Position numbers and translations under genes: made by a program. 64,000 bases of DNA from Octopus vulgaris (lineage: Eukaryota), in the NCBI GenBank assembly GCA_951406725.2, contig OX597825.1, positions 17,360,001 to 17,424,000 on the forward strand, given 5' to 3'. The notes beneath the pieces are model-generated. The model saw nothing but the letters and a program-made list of their open reading frames with translations. It was not told where the DNA came from and made no database searches. Below, piece after piece: positions 13,522-28,157 of the stretch; position 1 is the stretch's first letter; the number at the start of each line of letters is the position of its first letter.

Positions 13522-13750
13522 TACTCTTTTACTCTTTTACTTTTTTCAGTCATTTGACTGCGGCCATGCTGGAGCACCACCTTTAGTCGAGCAAATCGAC
13601 CCCAGGACTTAGTCTTTGTAAGCCCAGTACTTATTCTATCGGTCTCTTTTGCCGAACCGCTAAGTGACGGGGACGTAAACACACCAGCATCGGTTGCCAA
13701 GCAATGCTATGGGGACAAACACAGATACACAAACACATACACACACACAC

Positions 13751-13791
<41 letters not shown>

Positions 13792-13960
13792 CATATATAC
13801 GACAGGCTTCATTCAGTTTCCGTCTACCAAATCCACTCACAAGGCATTGGTCGGCCCGATGCTATAGCAGAAGACACTGGCGCAAGGTGCCACGCAGTGG
13901 GACTGAACCCGGAACCGTGTGGTTCGTAAGGAAGCTACTTACCACACAGCCACTCCTGCG
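13522..13960 (-). mobile_element. Full-length SINE family A
   Basis: Reverse complement of the 36288-36830 copy; head, core, internal microsatellite and 3' half. Confidence 0.9.
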
Positions 13961-14358
13961 TATGTTTAAGAAAACAAATATTATCGATGCACCGAACTTA
14001 GTATAAAAGCTATGTATTTTGAGCTGCACCTAAATTGGTGTAGATGTTATATATTAAGTTTCGGCATGTTTCACGTAGAATGTTCTAGATTCGTATTGTC
14101 AAAACCTAATATTATCATAGCTTCTCTATCAGTAAATTGCTCACTAGAGACAGGAAGATAATGTAGTGGGCGGCTATATTGGAGTAGTTATACTTTCATT
14201 CGTAAAGAAAAAAAGGAAACCGTGCATTAGCGTTTTAAATTCCTTGAACTATCATAGTCATGAGCATATATTATTTTCCAGCAACAATATTAAAGATATT
14301 GTCTTCGTCCACCTATTTGTGAAAGATGGTTATTTTACTTAAGTCAATAATAATGATG

Positions 14359-14435
<77 letters not shown>

Positions 14436-14499
14436 AAGAAGAATGTTAGTACAAAATCGCAGTAAAAAGTGCAAGAGAAAAAATGAAATAGGAAAAAGA

Positions 14500-14830
14500 T
14501 GTAAACAAAATAGTCTTAGGATTACAAAGAAAGAGGATGAAAACCAACAAAAAGAAATCCAATTCCTTATAATTTGAAATAGCAAGAATCTGGAGCATGA
14601 GAAACGTAGCCGTCGAACCGATAATAATTGGTGCGTTGGGAACAGTAAGCAAATATATAAACAAATGGCTGAATGAGATTAGAATAGAATGGCCGGTAGA
14701 GCTCCTACGGAATCTTTGTCTCGTAAAGACAGCAAGGATTATCAGGAGGGTTCTAAGCACTTGAAAGACAATTGAAATCTTGTGGATAACTAAGGTTACA
14801 GGTAGTAACCGGCTACCTGCATAAATCCTG
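14500..14830 (+). mobile_element. 3' fragment of R4/Dong-like LINE (C-terminus of the REL endonuclease region)
   Basis: Translates EIARIWSMRNVAVEPIIIGALGTVSK...LCLVKTARIIRRVLST*, homologous to the 46156-46458 ORF. Confidence 0.75.
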
Positions 14831-14859
14831 CTAGGAATTATACAGAATCTGAGCCAAAC

Positions 14860-14955
14860 AATGAATTTGAACCCAGAACGTGGCAACGAGTGAGTGAAAT
14901 ACCGCCAAGCATTCGGTCCAGAGTGCTAACGATTCTGGAAGCTAACCTCCTTAAA
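14860..14955 (-). mobile_element. SINE family B 5' part
   Basis: gaatttgaacccagaacgt...gtgctaacgattctg. Confidence 0.6.
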
Positions 14956-14990
14956 TAATAGTTGTAGTAGTAATAATAATAATAATGATG

Positions 14991-15084
<94 letters not shown>

Positions 15085-15089
15085 TAATA

Positions 15090-15930
15090 GTGGCTTCAAC
15101 CCTACTCCTTTTGTACTTCCTGCATTAGCTCACCGTGGCACTTTCGAACAATTGTGAAGGTGATGCGACGGTCGGTTTCTGTGGTCAGTCGTTTGAGTTG
15201 TTCATCTGATTGCCGTTTCTCTTCGTGTATTTGTTTCTGTTTTGGTGCCTCTTGTAGTTGTAGTTTTGGCTGAATGAGTGTGCCTTACTTCATTTTAGTT
15301 GGGAATTGTGTCGGCGTGTAGGTGTTGTTAGTGTAGCTGATGGATTAGGTGAAAATTCCTAGTCCTGTCTTTTCACTTTCAGCTTAGGACGGCCTTTTTG
15401 GAACTATTTTTTTCTCTTTTTTCTAACACAAGTCCTTCTTGGGTGAGTCAGTTCCTCCTTATCGCATAATAAGGCTTCTGAATCGCCCGTGTTGGATGTA
15501 TATGATGTACCTATATCGTCCGCCTATAGGAATGGTCGGGTGTTGCTCCTTTCCACCGTACAGTTGTTGGTGCCGTTGTGGAGATAATATTCTGCTGTTT
15601 AAAGTGTTACTTAATGTCTGTTGCAGCTGTTGGCCTTCTTGTGGAGCTTGTGGTTGCAGGGAGGGCCTACGTTTCTTGAGCTCCATTTTCTTGATTTTGT
15701 GGGCAGCCGAACTTCAAATTAGACCTACAAGTGTAGCAGCTTGGCTTTCTGCTTTCCATCATGTTCTCGGTTGGACAGCACAAGTTCGGAGACCTTTTCC
15801 AGAGATTCCGGATGAAAATCTCCACGCTTGACCTCGGCTCTGTATTTTGTTTTTGAAAATATTCAGTTTTCTCCAGATAGTAGCAGTGCTTTGCTGTCAT
15901 TGTCAACCAGGTTGGAGAATAAGACATCAC
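15090..15930 (-). pseudogene. Decayed LINE ORF1-like sequence
   Basis: VEIFIRNL...MESRKPSCYTCRSNLKFGCPQ resembles the RRM + degenerate knuckle of the 4928-6162 protein, followed by a low-complexity tail. Confidence 0.45.
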
Positions 15931-16338
15931 TGATCACGAGCAAAAGTAGTGGCGGAGCATCATAGCCATGTGTTGAAAGGAATACTTTGGGGTTTGAAGA
16001 ATTCACCTCTAGAAACATTCATCATCTTTTCACAAGCCTTATTCAGGGACCTTTTAAATGGGATGGACTACTCGACCTGAAGGAAATTTTAAGTGGGCCC
16101 CACCTGCGAGGTCATGAGCTGTCTATCTTAATATGAGATCTGAGATCACTATATTGCGCAAAAAATTGTTGTGATGCATGTTCCTGGTCTACCCTTATCA
16201 GACGGGTGGTTATGATGGGTATATTGGGCTTCGTATATTTGTAGCCCAGTGTCGTTTTAATGGTAGGCGCTGCTTTCTAACCCAATAATAATAATGATAA
16301 TAATAATAATAATGATAATAATAATAATAATAATAATG

Positions 16339-16372
<34 letters not shown>

Positions 16373-16392
16373 TAATAATAATAATAATAATA

Positions 16393-16455
<63 letters not shown>
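15931..16455 (+). mobile_element. Retroposon 3' portion with (AAT)n tail, family unassigned
   Basis: Diverged reverse-complement copy of 63000-63357; followed by (AAT)n 16283-16455. Confidence 0.75.
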
Positions 16456-18169
16456 TAGGTGCTTAACTCATAGAACGTTGAACATGCATTAACTTTATTG
16501 CAGTATAACGCATGAGACAAAAAATTTAATTTCAATGACGTTCTTAGCTATTTCTAAGCAATATCACGCCTATAGCATAACTAGTCAAAAACATGTATGT
16601 GTGACATTTTGCTATTAATTTAGGTTACACGATGCCCACACCGACTACGTGGTGTACGTATTCAATGAAAATAATTTCATACTAAATCTAAAATAAGTCA
16701 TCTTCAATCTGACATTATATACAATGTTTAATGTAATATTAATCTCGCATTTATTCGTAAATTACGTGCCGAACAAAAAAGAATTGGGGCAGAAACTTTA
16801 ATTAGTTTCCGAACTTGTAATAAAACTTGCCGATAAGTTTAACACCGAAGTAATGGAATTTCAATTATTGGTCCTTTCAGCTATCTAGGAAAATTACTGG
16901 TAATTATTCGACTCTGCAAATGTTATTGTTAGTCTTTATTTTACTAAAACGTTAAAGAGCATTTTTTACTTTAAATTTTAGAACACATTGACAAAGCTTA
17001 TTTTTACTTCCTGTTTTTATTTTTTATCATTTAAAATATCATTAATGCCTTTATTTACTGCGCGATTTAACTTGCCGTTATCACTTTGATTGTTGTGAAA
17101 ATGTATTTTCGATGAGAACACTCTCCATCACCCTAGAAAACGTGTCGTTTTAGTGTCTCAAATAACTATATTTAATTCGGTGACTCCAATGAATGCGTGA
17201 ATTTAATGAACAAATGCAAAAAATTCAGTTCAATGAAATGGTGTTCAATACATTTCTATTTACAATTGAGAATAAAATCGAATTTAATTATGTTTATACA
17301 ATAAGAATACTAAAAATAAACGAGATTACAGAATATGAAAATATATCTGGTACATTTAAGGTGAACTGCACCTTTAGAACGCGCCGGATTAATTTGGGAA
17401 ATGTACTGATAGACATGGCATTCTATGAAGTTATCTTTCTCCTCTACTTTAGCCAGCAATAATAGTGATTTTAAAGTCACAAAAATAAATTATTGATTTC
17501 TTACAGTGAGCACACAGTAAATACATAGATGATGGTAACTGATTTGTGTTTGGGTATTTAGGTATATATCCTGTCGTTTTCTGGGCATCATCCCTAACAC
17601 TATGCTATCATTACAGAACTTTGCCTTCAGTAAATACGGATACCAAATATTATAGATGATAGACGTACCAGTTAAAAAGAATGCAAAGATCCCTTAGGTT
17701 TAAAACATTCTAGATGAAAATTATATTAAAGGAATAAAGTTGTATAATTGTTCGAAAAGAAAAAAATCTTATATTAACAATAATCATTTTATCAAATTTG
17801 AACTATATGCGTTGAATATAATATCACATATCAATCCTCTATGGAGTGGAGAATGTTACAGACATTATATACTAAATGTCTATGATTCTTAATGGGAAGA
17901 AAATCAAAATATATTTTAAAAGTCCAGGCAAAAAATTATTGAAAATATTTGGAGGCGAAAGAAATATTTTAATCATTAAATAATTTATGATAAGCAGCAT
18001 GTCTGAGACCAGATAGTAATAATTAACACACTTGTGGGACGGGGCTAGCAGAGGAAATTTATTCTTTCAGATGTTCATACATGTAAGTAGTTATTTCCTA
18101 AAATAAAAAAAAGTTCATTTGATTGTAAAAACCTATTTGGTAAAGGCAAAATTTAAAGCAGCGTGAGCA

Positions 18170-18392
18170 TTGGGGCCAACCCGATGGCTAAGCAAGCAGG
18201 CCAATAGAAGAAAGAGTGAGGGAAAGTTATGGCGAAAGAGTACAGCAGGGATCGCCAACACCCCCTGCCCGAGTCTCGTGGAGCTTTAGGTGTTTTCACT
18301 TAATAAACACACACACCGCCCGGTATAGGAATCGAAACCGCGATCCTACGACCGCGAATCCACTACCCTAACCACTGGGACGTTGCGCGTCC
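18170..18392 (-). mobile_element. tRNA-derived SINE family C
   Basis: Minus strand: A box cccagtggttagg, B box ggtttcgattcc, then non-tRNA body. Confidence 0.7.
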
Positions 18393-18466
18393 ACACACAC
18401 ACACATATATATATACACGTATATACATATATGTGTGTATATATATATGTATATATATATACATAT

Positions 18467-18507
<41 letters not shown>

Positions 18508-18568
18508 TATATGCATATATATGTATGTATATATATATATATATATATATAATACATATATACATACA

Positions 18569-18625
18569 TGTCTACGTATTAGAGATATATACGCGGAAGT
18601 GTATTTATCATACCTCTCTCTCTCT

Positions 18626-18661
<36 letters not shown>

Positions 18662-18718
18662 AGAGAGAAAGAGGTATGATAAATACACTTCCGCGTATAT
18701 ATCCCTAATACGTAGACA
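18569..18718. repeat. Foldback: ~60-bp inverted repeats around (TA)n
   Basis: tgtctacgtattag...cctctctctctcca / tggagagagaaagagg...ctaatacgtagaca. Confidence 0.9.
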
Positions 18719-19174
18719 CATAAACAGGAGAGAAGCTCACAATTATTTTATAAAATATAATTTCTCTTGGATAAATTTTGAAAACGGGAGGCTTTTGAAG
18801 AAAGAGAAACGAGATCTTTTGGAAATAATTATGACAAAATTTTCTTTAGCCTAATCGATTGCAAATATATCGAAGTCTTTTCTTTACGTTGATAAACGGA
18901 ATATTTTAGAAAAATTCCACTCCAGTTTAACGTTAGTATACGATTTGCATTAAAGTGAAAATTTAATTACTGTGTACATATATACCGAATATCGTTAGCA
19001 TAATCATCATATTCATGTTGATTGATATTTGCATTTCAATGAAATGAAACTATATATCCATCCAGGCATACGGATATATTCATACACTTAACATTACACA
19101 CACTCACTGAGGAAGACACGCACACAGTTTTTCACATGCGCAAACACGTGTACACCGTATGTAATATATATACA

Positions 19175-19255
<81 letters not shown>

Positions 19256-19696
19256 ATATATAAACATACTTGTGTTTAGGTATGCACGTATATATGTGGA
19301 CATCTTAATATTATGTAAATATATATATTTATTTATATACATTTAAAGTATGTGTTTATACACACACATAGACACACACACATATATGTGTATATATATA
19401 TATGTGTGTGTGAATATATATATATATATATATATATAAGTATATATGTGTGTGTGTTTATACGCATACACATGTATATTGTGCGTCCTGTGACGTGCAC
19501 AGTTCAGGGTGCGGGTGTAGGGGTCAGTGTGCGTGCGCATACACAAGTATGTATGCATGTATGTTTGTGTGCATGTATGTATTCTGCATATTCATGTGTC
19601 AGTGTTCTTCCGAGTGTGTGTGTGTAACTCTCTTTGTCTATATATATATGTACATATATACACATACATATATGTACATGTATTAATCTGTTTATA

Positions 19697-19734
<38 letters not shown>

Positions 19735-19857
19735 TTTCAAATTTAGAGAAAACAAATGACGATGGTGTCAGCAGGAACAACAAACAGGTTTATTAGAATA
19801 ACGCTGTGGAAAATGGAACATTCTTTTAAGTTTGGAGCATTCGAAAGAAGGATTAAA

Positions 19858-20041
19858 GGCGCAGGATTGGCTGTGTCGTAAGTTTCTTGCTTACCAACAA
19901 CAAACATGTATCCAGGTTCAGTCTCACTGCGTGACACTTTGGGAAAGTGTCTTCTACTATAGCCTCGGTCCGACCAAAGCCTTGTGAGTGGATTTAGTAG
20001 ACGGCAACTGAAAGAAGCCCGTCGTATATATGTATACGTAC

Positions 20042-20073
<32 letters not shown>

Positions 20074-20290
20074 ATATGTGTGTGTTCTGTGTTTGCCCCA
20101 GCAACATCGCTTGACAACCGATGCTGGTGTGTTTACGTCCACCTATCTTAGCGGTTCGGCCAAAGAGACCGATGGAATAAATACTAGGCTTAGAAAGTCC
20201 TGGGGTCAATTTGCTCGACTAAAGGCGGTGCTCTGGCATCGCCGCAGTTAAATTACTGAAACAAGTAAAATATTAAAAGAGTAAAAGAGG
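19858..20290 (+). mobile_element. Full-length SINE family A
   Basis: ggcgcaggattggctgtg head to ctgaaacaagtaaaa tail. Confidence 0.9.
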
Positions 20291-20368
20291 GAAAAAGAAC
20301 GGATATAATGGAAAATACGAGAGATAAACATGTGCAGAGTTCAACGGTCATGAAGATACATACACACT

Positions 20369-20426
<58 letters not shown>

Positions 20427-21429
20427 AACAAACGCACATACATACATGCATGTATGTAAATATATTGTTTGATAACGACATTCCTCACAGTTCAATTTAC
20501 CCTGAATTCCTTACAGAAAATTGCAAGCAATCGTTTAACGAAAAACAATCCACAAATCATATAGGTCGTAACAGAAAAATTTTAAGCAATTATTTTGACA
20601 ATACTGCTCTCTAACATTTGGCATGATATCATACAGTTTCAAAGAAAGTTATTGCTGATGTAGTACATTACATTAATTCGTCCTGAAAAATAGTGTCCGC
20701 TTGAAGTTTGAAAAGAAAAGGCAAATTTGAGATATTTGGAGATTTTAAATCAAATTTGACGGCAATAATTTTTGTAAAAATGCTTTTTGCTACAAAAGAG
20801 AGAAATGATGTTAATGAATGCGAAGGTCAAATCGCTGTATGGAGATCAATTTTATTAATTAGAATCCCGTACATGGTAGGTGATTGAAATATCGAATTTT
20901 TACTTGTAACTGAATCAGTGCAGGAAGGAACAAAACGAAACGATTACATAGACAGCTATCATAGTTTTAAAGTTAGAATATGAATGAGAAATTTTGTATT
21001 TCCCACGAGAAATATGCACTCAGTGTTTAGGCAGAAAACTAAAATCAACACATATATAAGCTGTGAAGTAAATTTTTAAAGGGATTCTATCGATTAGTCA
21101 CGTAGTGCTCAGACATAAGCACAGTTTCTGACAAAGGTGTGGCAGGTTGATTTGCTTCAGAAAGTTATACCTCATTGGTGAAGCTTCGTGGCATCGTGGT
21201 TCAAAGAAATCCCAAAACAGAAGTGTTTTTGAGGTAAATATTTTCTTTCCGTTATTCCAATCCAGTTAGCTGCAAATGTATAGCAGTAGCAACAGCAAGT
21301 GATGAGTGTTGCGACGGACTGACATCTGTAAAGTTGAAGAGTTAATGTTTTACACACCCGGAGCACATGAAAAACGGAATAATTTCTGGTGCATCGAGTG
21401 CATCAAGGCTATTATATATAAAGATAGTA

Positions 21430-21662
21430 AGGGCGGCGAGCTGGCAGAAACGTTAGCGCGCCGGGCGAAATGCTTCGCGGTATTTCGTCTGTCGTTACGT
21501 TCTGAGTTCAAATTCCGCCGAGGTCGACTTTGCCTTTCATCCTTTCGGGGTCGATAAATAAAGTAACAGTATCGCACTGGGGTCGATATAATCGACTTAA
21601 TCCGTTTGTCTGTCCTTGTTTGTCCCTTCTATGTTTAGACCCTTGTGGGTAGTAAAGAAATA
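21430..21662 (+). mobile_element. Intact SINE family B (MetaSINE-like) with 17-bp TSD
   Basis: ggcggcgagctggcagaaacgttagc head, gagttcaaattcc B box, GCCTTTCATCCTTTCGGGGTCGATAAA; TSD TATATATAAAGATAGTA at 21413-21429 and 21663-21679. Confidence 0.9.
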
Positions 21663-21879
21663 TATATATAAAGATAGTACATCGATTATATGTAATGGCT
21701 GAATATTTGACTAGTCTAGTTTGCAACCGGTAGTTATTTCGTATAATCCAAAAGTACGGAATGTAAATATCTTACTTCTAGCTCTTAAAATAAGACAATA
21801 AAAGATTTGCTCAATCGGAATCAACAATTATTTCCGTTTCTTTTCTGACATTTCGAGTATTTCTGAATAATTCTTTATA

Positions 21880-22450
21880 AATTTAGCGCAAGGCCTACAA
21901 CTTACAGAGAAAACATACAGTCGACTACATCAACCCTCAAGAGTTGGCTAGTGCTTGTATTATCGACTCGGAAAAGAGAAAGGAAGAGTTGAATCCTACG
22001 GAATTTGAACTCACACAATAAGATGGAAAGAAATCCAGCGCAGCCTCATGTTCGAGTTGCTAACGATTCTACCAAATCGAATTCATTGGAGAGGTATAAT
22101 GAATTCCATCAACCCCAGTCCTTACTTGATCGACCAGGGAATGCAAATTCGACCTCGACAGAATTTCATCGCAGAATGTAACGAGTTAGAAGGAAAGCAT
22201 TTTGACTGAAGTGTTAATAATTTTGTCAAGTCGTTACTTTCATGAAATAATCTTGGCAGATGACCATTTGTTTTCGGTGGAGAGGGTTAATCGATAACAT
22301 CAGCTCCAGTGTTCGACTGTCTTTTATTTTATCGATCTTGTAAGGATAAAACATCACTGCGAACTTCGAATACAGAACGTAATCAGTAGGCACAAATACC
22401 ACTCAACATTTTGTTCAATGTTGTAACAATACGGCCTGCTTGGTTCCTTT
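21880..22450 (-). mobile_element. Cluster of about 3 old SINE family B copies
   Basis: Recurring tatcga, gaatttgaac/gaatttcatc, agaacgt and aacgatt motifs. Confidence 0.55.
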
Positions 22451-22729
22451 ACAAGCCAAAATAATATTACGTATTTAATCAACCAGTGAATGGTAGACCA
22501 CACTCATGAACATATGAACGGGTTACCTGGTTCCTTTATCGTAGACATTTAGAGAACGATAGAATCGAAGACTGAAAATAGTACCTTAATGTTATGTATT
22601 TAAATTGTAAACGGACGTACTTTTTTTCTTCAACGTATTTTAAATAAACGATAAAAACATTTCATATTTTCAAATGGGTGGAGCAGATACATAATTACAC
22701 ATCGGAACTTAAAGCATAGAAAGTTTCTT

Positions 22730-22731
<2 letters not shown>

Positions 22732-22824
<93 letters not shown>

Positions 22825-22856
22825 TAAATTCACAAAGCCAACGCATGTGCGCGCAT

Positions 22857-22895
<39 letters not shown>

Positions 22896-22917
22896 ATATA
22901 TATATGTATGTATATAT

Positions 22918-22980
<63 letters not shown>

Positions 22981-23070
22981 CAATGTGAGTGAGTATATAT
23001 TTACACACGCACAAAATGTATATGTAAGAATATATGTATGCGTATATATATATATATATATATATACATT
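22732..23070. repeat. (TA)n-rich microsatellite
   Basis: Direct reading. Confidence 0.95.
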
Positions 23071-23740
23071 TATGTGTGTTCATATATATATGCATGTATG
23101 TACCTATGTACATGTGTGGGGATGTCTGCGTGTATATGTGTATGAGTAGGAGTGTGTATATATTATATACAATGCATGCACATCCCTTTCTAGTCATGCA
23201 TATGTTTCAACTTCAATATGTCTATATTTGTGTCTGTTATATAATATGTTTAAAGTTTATACGTATTATCAATGGATATAGCGACATGCGGTACGTCAGG
23301 ACAGATAGTAATTGATGATATATTCTTTAAACATATTTAGTTCAATTTATATGTAGGGGACGGATGATGGGTGGTGACGAGGTTGAAAAAATATCGTTTC
23401 GTTTCTGAGAAACTTTCTACTGTTGATACGAGAGAAATCGAAAAAAATATAGAAAAAAAACCCAAAATGAAATCTCCATATAATATAGTTTAATAACTGT
23501 GTTGTATTCCTTCTCCTTTAGATGTATGATTTCTTCCTTCTTGTTGATATTTTGTTTGTACGTTTTGCTAGTTATATGTACTGATGTTTGTTAAGGAGAT
23601 AAATATAATAAAAAAACATTGAGTATATTACAGATAGGAATAGGAAAACTGTAATGATAACATAGGACATTGTTTTTTTTATGTTTATTTGTAGATAGCT
23701 GTGTCCGTTTGCTATGAAGTGGCCATATATATATAACTAA

Positions 23741-23788
<48 letters not shown>

Positions 23789-23790
23789 AC

Positions 23791-23832
<42 letters not shown>

Positions 23833-23872
23833 ATATATCTATCTATCTATCTATCTATACATCTATCTATAC

Positions 23873-23910
<38 letters not shown>

Positions 23911-24180
23911 ACATCTATTAATCTATCTATCGAACTATCTATATGTGAAACACACACACACACACATATATATATAAATAGGAGAAAGTGAGTGAGAGAT
24001 TGAGAAAAAGAGAGATAAGGATAAATAGCCAAAGAGAGAGAGAGAAAGAAAAATGGAGAGATAGATAGATAAAGTGAGAAGGAAGAAAGGGAGAGGAAAT
24101 GGGGGATATATAGAGATAGATAAAAAGATAGAGAGATAGATAGAGAAAGAGAGATAAAGAGAGAGACAAAGAGAAAGTGG
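23741..24180. repeat. (TATC)n and GA-rich low-complexity tract
   Basis: Direct reading. Confidence 0.9.
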
Positions 24181-24747
24181 CAGCATACGATGATTAAAAA
24201 TACCCCGCGGCAATGTTGGTTAATCGTTGATTTACAAGAAATGGGAGTGACCATTTCAACTAGATACTTCCTAATTTATAGTGGATTTCTAATATATCTT
24301 CTAGATATTTAAAAGTCGACAGAGTTATGAAAATCGATGTAAAATCATGCCTTCTCTTATATCTACATATCTAGAATCGCACACGCGAATGCACCTGTGA
24401 GTATGTATTCCTACGTGGGTATTTCTGCAAAGACACATCCATATGTGTCTTCAAGCTTCACGGGTTACATTTGAAAATGGTTTATGTCCCCTTTTCGCAA
24501 AGACAGCTTGAGTCATTGGTGAAATGTCAATGACGTTGGAGGGCATGAAAATTAAAGTTGTATTTGAGAATAAGTTAGGTGAATTGGAACACTTGAAGCC
24601 ATCTCAAAACTGGAAAAAGAGTTACGTGTCATGGTAATTAACGGCGGTGCATCAGCATGGCCGCAGCTCAGAGCTGAGACTAGAAAAAAATATATAAACA
24701 AAATTTGATGGATATACAGCGTAGGCCGATTCAAGACATTTCTAGTG

Positions 24748-24804
24748 AGACTTTTTACTGATGTACCCTGAACGGGTCGAAACATGTTGTACCCCAAAAA
24801 GTCT
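24748..24804 (+). ncRNA. Degenerate minimal type I hammerhead ribozyme motif (Penelope-like terminus)
   Basis: agacttttta-CTGATGT-accc tgaac gggt c-GAAA-catgtt...aaaaagtct; core mutated, palindromic stem III. Confidence 0.55.
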
Positions 24805-25768
24805 ATAACACATTCCATCTATTATTTTATTAGTACTATATATATGTATTAATGTAATTTGAACTTTTCAATTTGTTGTAAACTCATTGAAGTTTCATCA
24901 CTAAGTATTTTTCTTTTTTCTTTTCTTTTTATTTTTTCCTCTTCTTTCCCATTGAATACCTATGTACATATTTGTAAATAAACTCATTTTCCCACAAGGG
25001 CCGTCGACTTTTCAAGAGGTCAGTTTTAGAAAATAGGATGAGAACGATAAGAATTGAGGTGAACGTGCGGTCATCACGGAAAAGTCAAAATTAGTCAATA
25101 GCTCAAATTCTTATGAAAATATATATTTCTTTACACTTGTATAGTCAAATCCCATATTCTCTGTTATTCCGTGTTTTGCACGGAAAAGCATTTAATATTA
25201 GTAGCAAATATTATATGGGGGTAATTATCCGCAGCAAAGGGTATAAAAGAAGATATATAAAATCCGTGTAACGTGTGTTTAACTATATTGATTATCTATG
25301 TCACTCCCAGTACATAGCGTTCCTTTTCAATACACATGAGTCTAGTACGCTTCCAGTATCGCGATTGAGTAACTGCGGTACTTAGTATTACTACTTATGA
25401 AATACAGAGCAAATATAAGGATAAAAACGATAAACACAAGTGATAATATTAGTGTTTATGTAAGATATAGTATTATGTTTGTTTGGATTCCTGCATTCGG
25501 TTTTTAAGTCGTTTTATTTGCATATTCAGAACGGATCACTGGGGAACAATTTCATTAGGTTACAGAGGTACATAGAACTAATGAGGTCCAGAAAAATAAT
25601 GGAAGTTTATTCTTAATGCAATAAAGTGTACCCTGATGGTCCTCTCTAGTTAACCATGTAAAATGCACTTGGAACACCTAAGACAGCGGTACAAACTACC
25701 ATGATTATGAAACGCAACGAGGAACTAATGGTATATATATATATGTATATAATGATATATATATATAA

Positions 25769-25816
<48 letters not shown>

Positions 25817-26658
25817 GGACACATATATGCATACACATTGCTAGAAGAATTACTGTCTCTCTCTCTCTCTTTCTCTCTTGCATACTCACGATATTTATAT
25901 GAGAGTCGCGTATTGGTATATAAATATTTCTATCTGTTTTATAAAGCATATATGTGTATTATTCCCTGCAGTTCAGCCTTATTTTCCCTTCTACAATAAA
26001 AGCGAGATATTTTTTCCGTGTTCATGCAATATAAGAAAAAAGTTCTAGTTCTTATTGCTGCTGGAACTAGGAATGATGTATAACATATTTTATGGAAAAG
26101 GTCACGTATTTCAGATTCTTAACTTTGAAACATTTTCTCGCCACAGTATATTATTTCCGCTAAAATTTTCGAACACTTAAACAGTTTATCAGTCGCTGTA
26201 TTTTATTCTTAGAGATATGTTTTAATGCAACTATGCAGTTATATAAAAAATATAGGCATATAATCATATAGAGTACATAGATATATAAATGTCAATAACG
26301 AAGCATCTAAATAATTATTCGTCTGCCTTAAGATTTCAAATCACTCTCGAATGCTATTCTACTCTTTGAAATAGAAATAAGGATATAAATTTTGAACAAT
26401 ATACAATATAGCACATGATCTGTTATCGAAGTTGCTTTCAACAGAGTTCTTCTCAATAACTGTTAATCTTCCTTAAACAAAACAAGCAACTGAAACATTA
26501 TTAGTGGTACTTCTTTTTCTTCTTAGGCTTGCAACACATCAGTTATTTCATTTCATAGAAAGCTATTTACTTCAACTTATTTTTTTAAGAAGTTCATTTG
26601 CATGTATCACAGATAAAATATAGGTTAATGATTTTTGTATGTACGTGTATACTTGTTG

Positions 26659-26864
<206 letters not shown>

Positions 26865-27148
26865 GTAATGTAGATTCAATCATATTTGTGTGAAATATAA
26901 GTCATTATTGACAGTAGCAATTTCTGAAGTAATTACCGCATCAATGTTTTGGGAAGAAAAAATCATATTAAGTGAATTTTTTTTCATATGTCAGGTTCTC
27001 CTTAGCTGTTGATAATTCTTTATTAAATTTTTAAAAAACTTTCTGTCTAACTCTCTCATTCTGTTTATATAACGTATACATATATACATGTGAGCGTGAG
27101 TTCATGTGTGTGTGTGTGTATTGTGTGTGCACATGTGTATATGTGTAA

Positions 27149-27202
<54 letters not shown>

Positions 27203-27274
27203 GTGCGTAAGACAGTGAGAAAAAGAGAGAATCAAATCGAGAACAAGTAATGCTATGTATGAACACATAAAACT

Positions 27275-27359
<85 letters not shown>

Positions 27360-27363
<4 letters not shown>

Positions 27364-28110
27364 GTCATCCCATAAGCTCTGTCCGATCTTATAACCTTTT
27401 TTTTAATTGAATAAAATTTAATAGTATTTTAGAATGTCTAATGGAATTAAAAATTATGTTTATGCATTTGTGTACATTTCAATTAACTAAATATTATTTT
27501 ACAGAATAATAGAATTAACATTTCTTTGATTAAAACCCCTGCTAACATGGAAGTATCCAAAGTGTATGTAACACACATAATGCATTTTTGAGTTCAAAAT
27601 GAAACTCTGCAGCTGAAGGGAACTTCATGGAAAAACGGTTCTTCTCTCTATCTGGTGGGATTCTAAAGGAGTAATTCACTTTGAATTGTTACCCCCTAAT
27701 GAAACAATCAATGCTCAAATCTACTGTCAGCTATTAGAGTGTTTGAACAAAGCTTTGAAGAAAAAGAGACCTGCTTTAGTGAATCGAAAAAGAGTGATGT
27801 TTCATCAGGACCCGACTCTGCAAAGATCGAAGAGCTTGGTTGGGAAAAAAATTTCTCATGACCTTGCTCCTTCAGACTACCATTTGTTTCGTAGTTTACA
27901 GAATCGTTTGGGGGACACAACTTTCGCAAGACGGCCAACAGGAGGTCGAAACTGACATTTCAGAGTTCTTCGCTTTGAAACAAAATATGTTTTACACTGA
28001 TGGGATTAAAAGGAAATAAGGGAAAGTATATTGATTAAATTTCAATTAAATATAACATTTGATCGCTTGTTTCCTTTCATTCAAAATTCGAACAGAACAT
28101 ATGGGATGAC

Positions 28111-28114
<4 letters not shown>
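27360..28114 (+). mobile_element. Internally deleted mariner transposon
   Basis: TIRs tcaggtcatcccata / tatgggatgacctga in TA context; transposase relics IWWDSKGVIHFELLPPNETINAQIYC, FHQD, DLAPSDYHLFRSLQN. Confidence 0.9.
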
Positions 28115-28157
<43 letters not shown>

